64,000 bases of DNA. Source: Nitrospirota bacterium. GTDB taxonomy: Bacteria > Nitrospirota > Nitrospiria > Nitrospirales > Nitrospiraceae. Each line of letters begins with the position of its first letter. Position 1 is the stretch's first letter. The stretch is from the NCBI GenBank assembly GCA_963701855.1, contig CAVPBK010000006.1, positions 800,001-864,000 of the forward strand, in the 5' to 3' direction. Below, one piece after another: positions 10,919 through 20,364 of the stretch. A program made the translations under genes and the position numbers. Below the pieces are notes generated by a model, which worked only from the letters and a program-made list of their open reading frames with translations, was not told the origin of the DNA and searched no databases.

Positions 10919-11497
10919 ATGACAATACGAGACGATCTCGCGAGCGCATTTCATGACACGCAGTCGTTCAAGTGGGATCCGATTAAAGGATTCACATTGG
11001 CGTCCGGTCAGACCAGTCCCTTCTACGTCGATTGTCGATCTTTAATGGCGCACCCGGGATCACGCCGTCTTGTGGCCCACCTCGCATACGAATCATTGCG
11101 GCTAGTCGAGCTCGACTGCCTTGGTGGACTGGAAATCGGAGCGATTTCCATTGCCACCAGCATCTCGGATTTTGCGTTCGTGGCCCAACCTCCACGAACG
11201 TGGCGGACCTTTGTGGTGCGGAAGCAGGCGAAGGATCATGGGCTCGGAAAACTTATCGAAGGATCGTTTCAGCCAGGGGACCGCGCTGTGATCGTGGATG
11301 ATGTGCTCACAAGCGGAGGCTCGCTTCTCAAGGCTGTTTCAGCTGCCAGGGGCGCCGGCCTAACTGTGACGCATGCCTTGGTGATCGTGGATCGGAAGGA
11401 GCAGGATGGGCGGCACAAGGTTGAAGCTGAAGGGCTGACGTTGGTGAGCCTGCTGACCATTGACGACCTGACCAGTGCGCAACCAACCCTCTCGTAA
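10919..11497 (+). CDS. pyrE: Orotate phosphoribosyltransferase
   Basis: FTLASGQTSPFYVD, RKQAKDHG and the PRPP motif VIVDDVLTSGGS. Confidence 0.93.
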   Translation: MTIRDDLASAFHDTQSFKWDPIKGFTLASGQTSPFYVDCRSLMAHPGSRRLVAHLAYESLRLVELDCLGGLEIGAISIATSISDFAFVAQPPRTWRTFVVRKQAKDHGLGKLIEGSFQPGDRAVIVDDVLTSGGSLLKAVSAARGAGLTVTHALVIVDRKEQDGRHKVEAEGLTLVSLLTIDDLTSAQPTLS

Positions 11498-11515
11498 ATT
11501 TCAGCAGAGATTGTT

Positions 11516-11836
11516 TCACTTACATTGAAATTGAATGCCCCATCGGCGCTCCGGTATGGCTTCCTGCGCGCCTTCTACTGGGCTGACAATGCGGGTTCGT
11601 CCTTTGGTTTCCCCCTCTTGTATTATGGTATAGGGGCCATCGCATTTCTCCTTCATGAGGGCGAGGGCGTTTGTGCGAAACGGGGACAGCATCGGTCCCT
11701 GCTCTCCTATGAAGGGATAAACAACCACCCCTCCGTCTTCCCTCTCCTGAAGCAGTTTTGCCCCCTCTCCACAGCCAGCCAAGGTAATGAAGAAAAAGAG
11801 GACGGCGAGGCTTGACCAGATCTTCATATGTTCCAT
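11516..11836 (-). CDS. Hypothetical lipoprotein
   Basis: MKIWSSLAVLFFFITLAGC lipobox; start at 11836 or 11827. Confidence 0.7.
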   Translation of the reverse strand: MEHMKIWSSLAVLFFFITLAGCGEGAKLLQEREDGGVVVYPFIGEQGPMLSPFRTNALALMKEKCDGPYTIIQEGETKGRTRIVSPVEGAQEAIPERRWGIQFQCK

Positions 11837-11906
11837 ATCATACTCATGAGAGTGATTCTCAGTCGAATGATTCACCGCTCTGTTTTTCTGCTGAAAAGAG
11901 GCAACC

Positions 11907-12332
11907 ATGGCTTTGCGCATTGTCGCCGTAATTCTCGGTCTGTTTCTGCTGTCTGCGATTTCAATCAGTGGTGTATCAGCCCATCATTCCTACTTGCTCA
12001 CAGTCCAGCAATTACGTGCTGGATTGACTAAGGCGCCTTCGATGCCGCAGAAGGGTTTCATCCTGATCGATGTCCGAACTGCGGAAGAACATACAGCAGG
12101 ATTCATTCCCGGAACCGATCTGAACATCGACTTCAGGGAAATTCAAGCTCGGCATCGAGAGATCGGAGCCAATCTGGATGACCATCTGGTGGTCTATTGC
12201 CAGTCTGGACATCGCAGCAACATTGCGGCAGAAACACTCGCCGATTTGGGCTACCGTCATGTCTATAACGTCAGCGGCAGCATGAGTGCCTGGCTTGCAG
12301 CAGGCTTTCCGGTTGAATCGGGGCGCCGATGA
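11907..12332 (+). CDS. Exported single-domain rhodanese
   Basis: Signal peptide, LIDVRT, active-site loop YCQSGHRS, GSMSAW. Confidence 0.88.
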   Translation: MALRIVAVILGLFLLSAISISGVSAHHSYLLTVQQLRAGLTKAPSMPQKGFILIDVRTAEEHTAGFIPGTDLNIDFREIQARHREIGANLDDHLVVYCQSGHRSNIAAETLADLGYRHVYNVSGSMSAWLAAGFPVESGRR

Positions 12333-12444
12333 AAGAGTCCGCAGCCTTTTCAGGCGGTTAAGTCTCGGGTCGAGGCTGAGATCTAAAAAGTCTGACGTTC
12401 ACTCAATCTTGAACTTGAGATCAGCCTACACTGTCTCAACACAC

Positions 12445-13440
12445 TCACTTATCCACGGTCTTGGCACCGGCTTGGTCCCGTCGTGGACTGATCCCGATCA
12501 CGGCTGGTAGTCCGATGTGAGTTGCGATGCTGTCTTCTAATAGGTGTGACCAGCTGTGTAACCCGGCCATTTTAGTCGTAGCTTGTTGGAGCAAGGGGCT
12601 GACGGCGATGTCGGAAGAGGATCCTCCGTCCATGGCCATGACCTGGCGTAGGGAGGGAAAGACGTCCCGCAGACATTTTCCAAGAGCATGGAGTGACACC
12701 ACTTCCGTGGTCTTGAGGACGAAAAGATGTCCATTCATGTGTTCTGCGACAAGAGTCTGATGTGCGCGTTTCCCGGTTTGGCGCACACGGATTTTCCCGG
12801 TCCGGTCAAGGAGCATAAGCGATTGCGCAACTTCTCGATAGGGAACATGCTGCTCATCGAAGGTATCAAAGATCAAATCCAAAACCCGCGCGTGCTGTGA
12901 ACGATCCTCCGCCGGTTCCGCCACAAACAATCCCAGCCAGGTCGCATGCCGCTTACTCCCAAGCGAACGGCCGTTTCCATAGAGCAGCCCTAGATAGGCA
13001 TAATTCTCGCGGAAAAGCCCGGCATTGAATACTAAATCATGGCCGGTTCGTTCTTGCCATTGGCCAATATCGAGCGGTTCTGAGAAGCCATCTTGTTGGT
13101 AGTAGTGCACGGTAAAGCGATAGCGATCGGGGTCGATTTCGACGGCAACCAGCGGCGCGACGTCTGGGCACTGCGTGTGAGGATTCCAGACTGAAATGGA
13201 TAAACCATTTCCGAGTTGGTCCCCCGTAAGGGTCTGAGCCGTCGTCGTCAAAGGTCCGCCGAATATGACGAAGATGATACCCAGGAGAAATCTGGCGGCA
13301 GAGGTGAAAGATAGAGACCAGTGGAAGCTGTTGTCCCGCATCATCGTGTCTCTGGATCGAATAACGTGAGAACCGATATGGAGCGTCAAATCGTTCGAGA
13401 GGAAAGGGCATCGGATTCGATGCAAGTCTCGCATGGTCAA
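12445..13440 (-). CDS. Phosphodiester glycosidase family (NAGPA/DUF2233-like) protein
   Basis: FNAGLF and MAMDGGSSS motifs; true start probably further in (~13344). Confidence 0.7.
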   Translation of the reverse strand: MTMRDLHRIRCPFLSNDLTLHIGSHVIRSRDTMMRDNSFHWSLSFTSAARFLLGIIFVIFGGPLTTTAQTLTGDQLGNGLSISVWNPHTQCPDVAPLVAVEIDPDRYRFTVHYYQQDGFSEPLDIGQWQERTGHDLVFNAGLFRENYAYLGLLYGNGRSLGSKRHATWLGLFVAEPAEDRSQHARVLDLIFDTFDEQHVPYREVAQSLMLLDRTGKIRVRQTGKRAHQTLVAEHMNGHLFVLKTTEVVSLHALGKCLRDVFPSLRQVMAMDGGSSSDIAVSPLLQQATTKMAGLHSWSHLLEDSIATHIGLPAVIGISPRRDQAGAKTVDK

Positions 13441-15059
13441 TGCAGGGCTTTCGAAGATGTCGATGGGGAGGCGCCGGCCCTGTTCGATGGCACATTGGCA
13501 TCAAGCAAATTGCGGACTGCCCGGGCAAGCGCCTCAGGAGTGAAGGGTTTTTGCAAGAAACTGCTCGTTCCTTCTTCTAGTCCAGCCATGATACTGACGT
13601 CATCCATATACCCCGATATGAATAGGGTTCGTAAATCTGGATAGATTACGGAAAGATGCTGTGCCAGTTCCCGGCCGGCCATGCCGGGCATGACGACGTC
13701 GGTCAGAAGAAGCTGAAAGGATCCTGCTTGTTGCGTCGCCAGCAAGCAGGCTTCGATCCCGTTCTTGGCTTCTAGGATCCGATAGCCCAGCTTTCGCAGT
13801 TCGTCTCGCATGAGCACCCGTACGCTTTGTTCATCTTCCACCAAGAGAATCGTTTCCGTACCTCTCTGCGGCTGTCCCAAGGGCTGGGGCGGCGCGGTGG
13901 AGATGACCTCGGACTCGACTCTCGGAAAATACAGGTCGAAGCGCGTGCCGTGGCCTACTCGGCTTTTGACGTCGATGGCGCCACCGCACTGTGTGACAAT
14001 CCCAAATACCGTGGAGAGCCCCAGACCGCTGCCCTTCCCCTCTTCCTTCGTAGTGAAAAATGGTTCGAAGATATGGGATTGGGTCTTGCGGTCCATGCCG
14101 CAGCCAGTATCGCTGACGGCCAACCGGACATAGGGGCCAGGTAGTAACGGGGTGAGGTAGTAGACCGGACTACGGGTCAATTCGACCTGAGCCGTTTCGA
14201 TCGTGAGCGTTCCACCCTTCGGCATGGCATCCCGCGCGTTGACGACAAGATTGACCAGAACCTGCTCAAGTTGGGCTTGGTCGGCACGCAGCCGCCCATT
14301 CGTCTGATCGAGTTTACTGACGAGCCGAATGTCGTCGCCGATGAGGCGGCGCAGCATGGTTTCCAAACTCATGACAGCGGTATTGAGTGACAGAGTTCTC
14401 GGGTCCAGCGATTGTTTACTACTGAACGTGAGTAGTTGCCGAATCAACGTCGCGGCCCGTTCGCCGGCCTTCAGTGTTTCTTCGATCTTTCCGCGAAGGG
14501 GGTGCAGCGGGCCGAGTTCTGTCAAGAGAACTTGACTGTAGCCCATGATGACAGTCAGGAGATTATTGAAGTCATGCGCAATCCCTCCGGCCAACCGGCC
14601 AACTGCTTCCATCTTCTGGGACTGCCTAAACTGTTTCTCGCTCTGCCGAAGAGCCTCTTCTGCCCGCTTCCGTTCGGCTTGGTTATCAAGTTCACGCAGT
14701 GCGCGCTGGACCGAGGGCACCAATCGTCCGAGCCGTTGCTTGAGCACATAGTCCGTCGCGCCTTGATGCATGGCATCGATAGCCAGTTCCTCTCCGATGG
14801 TGGCAGAGACAAAAAGGAAGGGTACATCAGGGCAGTGCTGACGTGCCAAGGTGAGCGCCGTCATCCCGTCGAATCCCGGAATCGAATAGTCCGCCAGGAT
14901 CAGATCCATCCGGCCTTCCTTGAGTGCCGCTACAAATGCCTGACGCGTGTCGACGAGTTGCGACTGGCAGGGGATCCCGCCCTCGATCAAGGTGGTCGTA
15001 ATGAGTTCCGCGTCGACCGGATCGTCCTCGAGGTGGAGCAGGCGGAGTGGGGGTTTCAC
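13437..15059 (-). CDS. Hybrid histidine kinase (REC-HisKA-HATPase-REC)
   Basis: N-terminal receiver, H-box AHDFNNLL, N/G1/F/G2 boxes (NARDAM, DTGCGM, FEPFFTTK, GSGLGL), C-terminal receiver. Confidence 0.93.
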   Translation of the reverse strand: MKPPLRLLHLEDDPVDAELITTTLIEGGIPCQSQLVDTRQAFVAALKEGRMDLILADYSIPGFDGMTALTLARQHCPDVPFLFVSATIGEELAIDAMHQGATDYVLKQRLGRLVPSVQRALRELDNQAERKRAEEALRQSEKQFRQSQKMEAVGRLAGGIAHDFNNLLTVIMGYSQVLLTELGPLHPLRGKIEETLKAGERAATLIRQLLTFSSKQSLDPRTLSLNTAVMSLETMLRRLIGDDIRLVSKLDQTNGRLRADQAQLEQVLVNLVVNARDAMPKGGTLTIETAQVELTRSPVYYLTPLLPGPYVRLAVSDTGCGMDRKTQSHIFEPFFTTKEEGKGSGLGLSTVFGIVTQCGGAIDVKSRVGHGTRFDLYFPRVESEVISTAPPQPLGQPQRGTETILLVEDEQSVRVLMRDELRKLGYRILEAKNGIEACLLATQQAGSFQLLLTDVVMPGMAGRELAQHLSVIYPDLRTLFISGYMDDVSIMAGLEEGTSSFLQKPFTPEALARAVRNLLDANVPSNRAGASPSTSSKALH

Positions 15060-15538
15060 AGATCCTTTGTGGAAAGACTATTCGTTTCGTTCGGGTCAGA
15101 GCCTTCGGGGGGCGGTTCGTTAATCACACCCCAAAATACACCAAGTTCTTTCACGGCCGTGATGAACTGCTGAAACTCAACCGGCTTTACCACGTAGGCG
15201 TTAGCGCCCAACGCATAGCTTTGGGCCAAATCACGCTCCTCGCGCGAAGACGTGAGCATGACGACGGGAATCGGTTTCAAGTTTACATCGTTTTTAATGG
15301 TTTTTAAGACCTCGAGCCCGTCGACTTTTGGCATCTTGAGATCCAGAAATACGACCACGGGATTGCCCTGCTGCCTGGAAGCAAAGACTCCGCGGCAATA
15401 GAGGTAGTCGAGGACTTCAGCTCCGTCATGGCAGACCACTACTTTGTCGGCAATGTGATGCTCTTCCATGGCGGCCAGCGCAAGCTCAGCGTCACGCGGA
15501 TTATCTTCAGCAAGCAGGATGGGCTTGACCGTGGTCAT
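15056..15538 (-). CDS. Stand-alone response regulator (Rcp1/CheY-like)
   Basis: ILLAEDN, FLDLKMP, LTSS, GANAYVVKPV; ATG at 15538 overlaps the upstream stop (ATGA). Confidence 0.9.
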   Translation of the reverse strand: MTTVKPILLAEDNPRDAELALAAMEEHHIADKVVVCHDGAEVLDYLYCRGVFASRQQGNPVVVFLDLKMPKVDGLEVLKTIKNDVNLKPIPVVMLTSSREERDLAQSYALGANAYVVKPVEFQQFITAVKELGVFWGVINEPPPEGSDPNETNSLSTKDL

Positions 15539-17019
15539 CTGAGAGACCTCGCGAGCGGGAGCGAAAAGTAGAAGGTGGCCCCTTGGTCCAACGCCCCTTC
15601 GGCCCAAGTCTTCCCACCATGCCGATGGATGATCCGGCGCACATTGGCGAGACCAATGCCGGTGCCTTCAAATTCGTCACTCCGATGGAGGCGTTGAAAT
15701 ACGCCGAACAACTTGTCCACATATTGCATATCGAACCCTACCCCATTATCACGCACGAATACCTCGGCTTCAACAGAGTTCCGTATGACGGCGCCGATCT
15801 CGATCTTGGTCTCCGGCCTCGTGGCTGTAAATTTCAGCGCATTGGAGATCAGATTCGCGAAAACTTGGCGCAACATGGCCGGATCTCCTGACACGCTAGG
15901 TAGTGGGTGCATTGTCCAGGAGATTGTCCGCCCTTGCAAGTCAAGACGTAAATCGTGAAGGACTGTCTTGACGAGTTGATCCAGGTTGACCGTCGTGCGG
16001 AGCATATCCTGGCGACCCATGCGGGAAAAGACGAGCAGGTCGTCGATCAGTTGTCCCATCTGCTTCGCGGAACTTGAAATCGTCTGCAGATAGCGGCGGG
16101 CTTTGTCGTTGAGCGTCTCACCGGCCACCTTGGACAACAGTGCCGCATACCCATCGATATGACGAAGCGGGGCACGCAGGTCGTGCGACACGGAATAGCT
16201 GAACGCTTCTAATTCTTTATTGGAAGCCTCAAGCAACTCGCCACGGGTCTGCAACTCCGCGGCCACGCGGCGTCGCTCCGTGACATCGTGATGGATCAGA
16301 AAGTACACGGATCCCAAGAGAACCAATTGCAGGAGCGCACCGAGGCCAAGCAAGGCAATTGTATTATTCGTGCTTCCAGCGGATTGAGTCACGCGGGCAT
16401 GAATCGCTCGTTGTTCAGCAGAGTCGAGTTCCGTCATTAGGCTATGGATTCCCGCGAGCTCGTTCTTTGCCGCTCCGGAGAGCGCGAGATGGCGGACACC
16501 TTCATAGCCAAGCTTCTCACGCTGGGTGATGGCTTCCGCCTCTGCACCCAATTGCCTGGCGATGAGCCGTTCGAGTGTCTCCACACGATCCCGTTGTTCA
16601 ATTCCCTCGTTTGTCAGGCCTCTGAGATACCGAAGGTATTCGGGCATTCGTTCAACAGCGGTCAGGTAGGATGTGAGGTACGACTCATCGCCGGTGACGA
16701 GATAGCGCCGATGGCCGCTTTCAGCTGCGTCAAGAGCTTCTCCGACTGAATTAAGAAGTTGTAGCAATTCGTGGCTTTTGGTATCGAGCCGGTTATTCTC
16801 GATCAAGACAGCGGTGTTGCGGTAGGAGATGGCGCTGATGACCACAATGCAGGCAAAGACAAGTCCAAATCCAGCAAGGACGCGTCGTTCGATCGACCAA
16901 TGGATGAACCATCCCCTGAGCCCGCCGGTCTCGGGAGTCGGCGCCGGTCTGGTGTCGGGAACCGGTTCAGATCGAACGGATAAGGGCGTGGCTGGATGTT
17001 CCTGGGTGATGGATTCCAT
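15535..17019 (-). CDS. CHASE3-domain sensor histidine kinase
   Basis: Two TM segments flanking AESGHRRYLVTGDESYL, H-box SHDLRAPLR, FQRLH, GTGIGLA. Confidence 0.9.
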   Translation of the reverse strand: MESITQEHPATPLSVRSEPVPDTRPAPTPETGGLRGWFIHWSIERRVLAGFGLVFACIVVISAISYRNTAVLIENNRLDTKSHELLQLLNSVGEALDAAESGHRRYLVTGDESYLTSYLTAVERMPEYLRYLRGLTNEGIEQRDRVETLERLIARQLGAEAEAITQREKLGYEGVRHLALSGAAKNELAGIHSLMTELDSAEQRAIHARVTQSAGSTNNTIALLGLGALLQLVLLGSVYFLIHHDVTERRRVAAELQTRGELLEASNKELEAFSYSVSHDLRAPLRHIDGYAALLSKVAGETLNDKARRYLQTISSSAKQMGQLIDDLLVFSRMGRQDMLRTTVNLDQLVKTVLHDLRLDLQGRTISWTMHPLPSVSGDPAMLRQVFANLISNALKFTATRPETKIEIGAVIRNSVEAEVFVRDNGVGFDMQYVDKLFGVFQRLHRSDEFEGTGIGLANVRRIIHRHGGKTWAEGALDQGATFYFSLPLARSLR

Positions 17020-17146
17020 GGTTCAAAGACGCACGGGCGTGGGGAGATAAGCCAATGTCGTAGAAACTGTACCCTCCTCCAGAAGACCCTGCAAGAAATA
17101 TTTTAGCAGAATGCTCGCCGGACGCTGGGGAACTGTCCCCGGAGCC

Positions 17147-18649
17147 TTAGCCGCCGAACGGGGCGACGGTAGGGGGAACGGGAAGGGCTGCGGTTGGATC
17201 AGCCACATTTGAAAATACCAAAATGGCCGAGACAACCCAATCGGTGACGGGCTGTGGATAGATGCCGATCGCGAGGGTGCCGGCGAGACAGACGTAGACC
17301 ACCGCTTTGATCGGGCCCGATACTTTAAGAGGTGACCGGTCATGGGGCTCACTCACGTACATCTTCTTCACGACGATGAGGTAGTAGTACATGGAAATGA
17401 CGATGTTGATGAGCCCGACAGTGATGAGTATGTAGAGCCCTTCTTTTATGGCCGCGACAAAGATGTACAATTTGCCGATGAAGCCGGCCAGCGGAGGCAC
17501 CCCAGCCAGAGACAAGAGAAAAATCAGCATAGAAAAGGCGAGAAAAGGCGACCGACGGCCCAGGCCGCTGTAGTCCTCGATTTCCTCACTGCCGATAGCT
17601 TCGCTGACAGCGATGACAATGGCGAATGCGCCGAGATTGGCGAACAGATAAGCCACGAGGTAGAACAACATCGCGTCGCTGCCCATCTTCGTACCAGTCG
17701 CAAGACCGATCAGCACGTTGCCGATCTGGGCAATACCGGAATAGGCCAAGAGCCGTTTCATGTTCTTTTGGGCAATGGCCACGATGTTGCCGTAGGTCAT
17801 GGACAGGATGGACACAGCGACAATCAGCAGGACCCAGACCGGCTTAAAGGTTGTCAAGGCAACGAGGAACATTCTCAGAAGAATGGCAAGGGCCGCTCCC
17901 TTTGGTGCGATCGAGAGGAACGCCGTCACCGGTGTCGGCGATCCATGATAGGTGTCTGGAATCCATGAGTGGAAAGGCACGGCGCCGATTTTGAATCCTA
18001 GTGCGGCAAAAATTAGCAGGAAGCCAATGGCCAATCCAGGTGTGGCCTGTGCCGCCTTCATATCGGAAAACACCAGTTTGCCAGTTTCTCCATAGACCAA
18101 ACTGATGCCATAGACGAGCAGAGCGGCGGCGAAGATGCCCAAGATAAAAAACTTGATTCCCGCTTCGTTCGAAGCCGTGTCCTCGCGGAGATACGCCACG
18201 AGGACATAGAAGCCAAGGGTGGAAAACTCCAAGGTGACGAAAACCGACAGCAGATCGTTCGCGGAAGCCATAAACATCATTCCGAGAGCCGACATGACGA
18301 TCAGGGAATAATACTCTCCGCGGAAATACTTGAATCGATGGATGAAATCAACGGAGGCCAGAATGACGAGGATCGTCGATCCGATGATGAACATTTTGAA
18401 GAACAGGGCCATCCGGTCGAGCGCAAACATGTTCGCAAAGAGAGTCCCGGTGATACCGGAGATATCGAACCAGACCAGGCAACCCAGGGTAGCGACAAGC
18501 CCCGCGATGCTGAAGTAGGCTAATTGTTCGTTGGGCAGCCTAGGAAACGAGAAATCAATGATCAGAATGAGACATAACCAGGACGTGAGCAGGATCTCCG
18601 GTAACAGCAATAGGAGATCGGAGGGAGACATTGTAAACGCGAAGGTCAT
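17147..18649 (-). CDS. nuoN: NADH-quinone oxidoreductase subunit N
   Basis: EAGIKFF, FKIGAVPFHSWIPD, KRLLAYS; last gene of the nuo operon. Confidence 0.93.
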   Translation of the reverse strand: MTFAFTMSPSDLLLLLPEILLTSWLCLILIIDFSFPRLPNEQLAYFSIAGLVATLGCLVWFDISGITGTLFANMFALDRMALFFKMFIIGSTILVILASVDFIHRFKYFRGEYYSLIVMSALGMMFMASANDLLSVFVTLEFSTLGFYVLVAYLREDTASNEAGIKFFILGIFAAALLVYGISLVYGETGKLVFSDMKAAQATPGLAIGFLLIFAALGFKIGAVPFHSWIPDTYHGSPTPVTAFLSIAPKGAALAILLRMFLVALTTFKPVWVLLIVAVSILSMTYGNIVAIAQKNMKRLLAYSGIAQIGNVLIGLATGTKMGSDAMLFYLVAYLFANLGAFAIVIAVSEAIGSEEIEDYSGLGRRSPFLAFSMLIFLLSLAGVPPLAGFIGKLYIFVAAIKEGLYILITVGLINIVISMYYYLIVVKKMYVSEPHDRSPLKVSGPIKAVVYVCLAGTLAIGIYPQPVTDWVVSAILVFSNVADPTAALPVPPTVAPFGG

Positions 18650-20364
18650 TGATCGCTCCGTGAGGCGTCAGGCGCGGAAAGCGAAACGTCACCAGGGAGC
18701 GCGGCCAAGTTCTGCGGGGAAGAATCAACCCTCGCTTCACGTTTCACGTCTAACGTTTCACGTTCTTGCGAGGCCACCGGCACGACGCGGGTGATCTTTG
18801 CAATCAAGGGATCGACGCCAGACCGCACCACATTGTAGAGGTGCATGGGGAAAAAAAAGAACCCGATGCTGACGGTAATCATGATCAAGAGCGGAAGACG
18901 ATCGGCGACGGAGACTGCGTCATGTGCATGACTGTACTTCTGGTCCATGGGTCCATAGAAAAGTCCGCGCATCATCTTGAATAAATAGGCCAGGGTCAAG
19001 ACGATGCCGACCACCGCCACGATGACTTGGAACGGATACTTGTTCCAACTGCCGACGATGATCATCACTTCGGCGATAAAATTCACGGTGCCAGGCACGC
19101 CGATTGAGGCCATACAAGCCACCACAAAACAGCCTGAGATGAACGGCATGCGATTCGAAAGCCCGCCGAGCGAGGGGATATCGCGGGTGTGCGTCTGATC
19201 GTATACCCACCCGGCCATGGCAAAGAGCATGCCCGTGGCCATGGCGTGGGCGAACATATACATCACCGCCCCAGTCAAGCTGATGTAGTCCAGGGCGGCC
19301 ATGCCTAGGAAAACATAACCCATGTGACTGGAACTGGAATATCCAATCACATACTTCGTGTCTTTGGCGTAGAACGCCACGAACCCGCCGTACACGATAC
19401 TGAACATGCAGAGCACGGCCGCGATGGGCATGAGTTCTCTGGTGGTCTCCGGCAAAATCTCAAAGGCCACCCGGATAATGGAAAAATGGCCGAGCTTCAT
19501 CAGCACTCCCGCGTGCAACATGCTTGTGGCGGCCGGCGCGGCTGCGTGGCCCACTGGAGACCAAGAGTGCAGCGGCCATAACGGTGCAATCGAGGCAAAG
19601 CCGAAGAAGATCAGGATCCAAATGATCTTGTCCAGCGTCGTGCCTAAGACCGGGATGTTCATCAACTTGGCCTGCTCACGCAGAACTAGAATGTCGAAGG
19701 TATTGAGCCCTGCGTACTTGTAGATCAGCAAGATGCCCATCAGCGCCGCGACGGCAAAGGCCGAGAGGAAGAGCACCAGTTTCATCGCGGCGTACTCTTT
19801 ACTGTTGGACCCGAAGTTGAGGATGAACCCGACCGAATCCCGCAGTTTGAGGCCTTCCGGATCCGTCATCTCGTTGTATGTTTTTGTGTGGCTTCCCCAC
19901 ATACCCAACAGGAGATACATGGGGATCACGGACATTTCGTAGAAGAAAAAGAGAAAGAATAGATCCAACGACATGAAGACGCCGATCGTAGCGGCGGCGA
20001 GGATGAGCAGCCAGATATAGAATTCTTTCGTCCGATCCTTGATATGCCAGGAGACAAAAATGCCCGCGAACAACAAGATGCCCGATGCCAGCACCAGCGG
20101 GGTGCCGATCCCATCCACTCCGAGGTGGAGTGAGATGCCTAGTTGGCGGGACCATTCAAATCGCTGGACGAACTGGAAGCCTCCCTTCACGTAATCGTAG
20201 GCGTAGAACAAATAGAGTGAAGCAAGCAATGAGACAAGCGCTGATCCTGCCGCGATCCCACGCACAAGCATCATTTGGCGGTTGGAAACGAAGATCAGCG
20301 CGATGGCCCCCACGAAGGGGGCAAACAGGATGTAGAGCAGCGCGTAATCGGCCATACGATTCAA
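18646..20364 (-). CDS. nuoM: NADH-quinone oxidoreductase subunit M (second, divergent copy)
   Basis: LGVDGI, PLWPLHSW, LMKLG, YSSSSHMG, PGTVNFIAE; likely start ATG 20355. Confidence 0.88.
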   Translation of the reverse strand: MNRMADYALLYILFAPFVGAIALIFVSNRQMMLVRGIAAGSALVSLLASLYLFYAYDYVKGGFQFVQRFEWSRQLGISLHLGVDGIGTPLVLASGILLFAGIFVSWHIKDRTKEFYIWLLILAAATIGVFMSLDLFFLFFFYEMSVIPMYLLLGMWGSHTKTYNEMTDPEGLKLRDSVGFILNFGSNSKEYAAMKLVLFLSAFAVAALMGILLIYKYAGLNTFDILVLREQAKLMNIPVLGTTLDKIIWILIFFGFASIAPLWPLHSWSPVGHAAAPAATSMLHAGVLMKLGHFSIIRVAFEILPETTRELMPIAAVLCMFSIVYGGFVAFYAKDTKYVIGYSSSSHMGYVFLGMAALDYISLTGAVMYMFAHAMATGMLFAMAGWVYDQTHTRDIPSLGGLSNRMPFISGCFVVACMASIGVPGTVNFIAEVMIIVGSWNKYPFQVIVAVVGIVLTLAYLFKMMRGLFYGPMDQKYSHAHDAVSVADRLPLLIMITVSIGFFFFPMHLYNVVRSGVDPLIAKITRVVPVASQERETLDVKREARVDSSPQNLAALPGDVSLSAPDASRSDQ

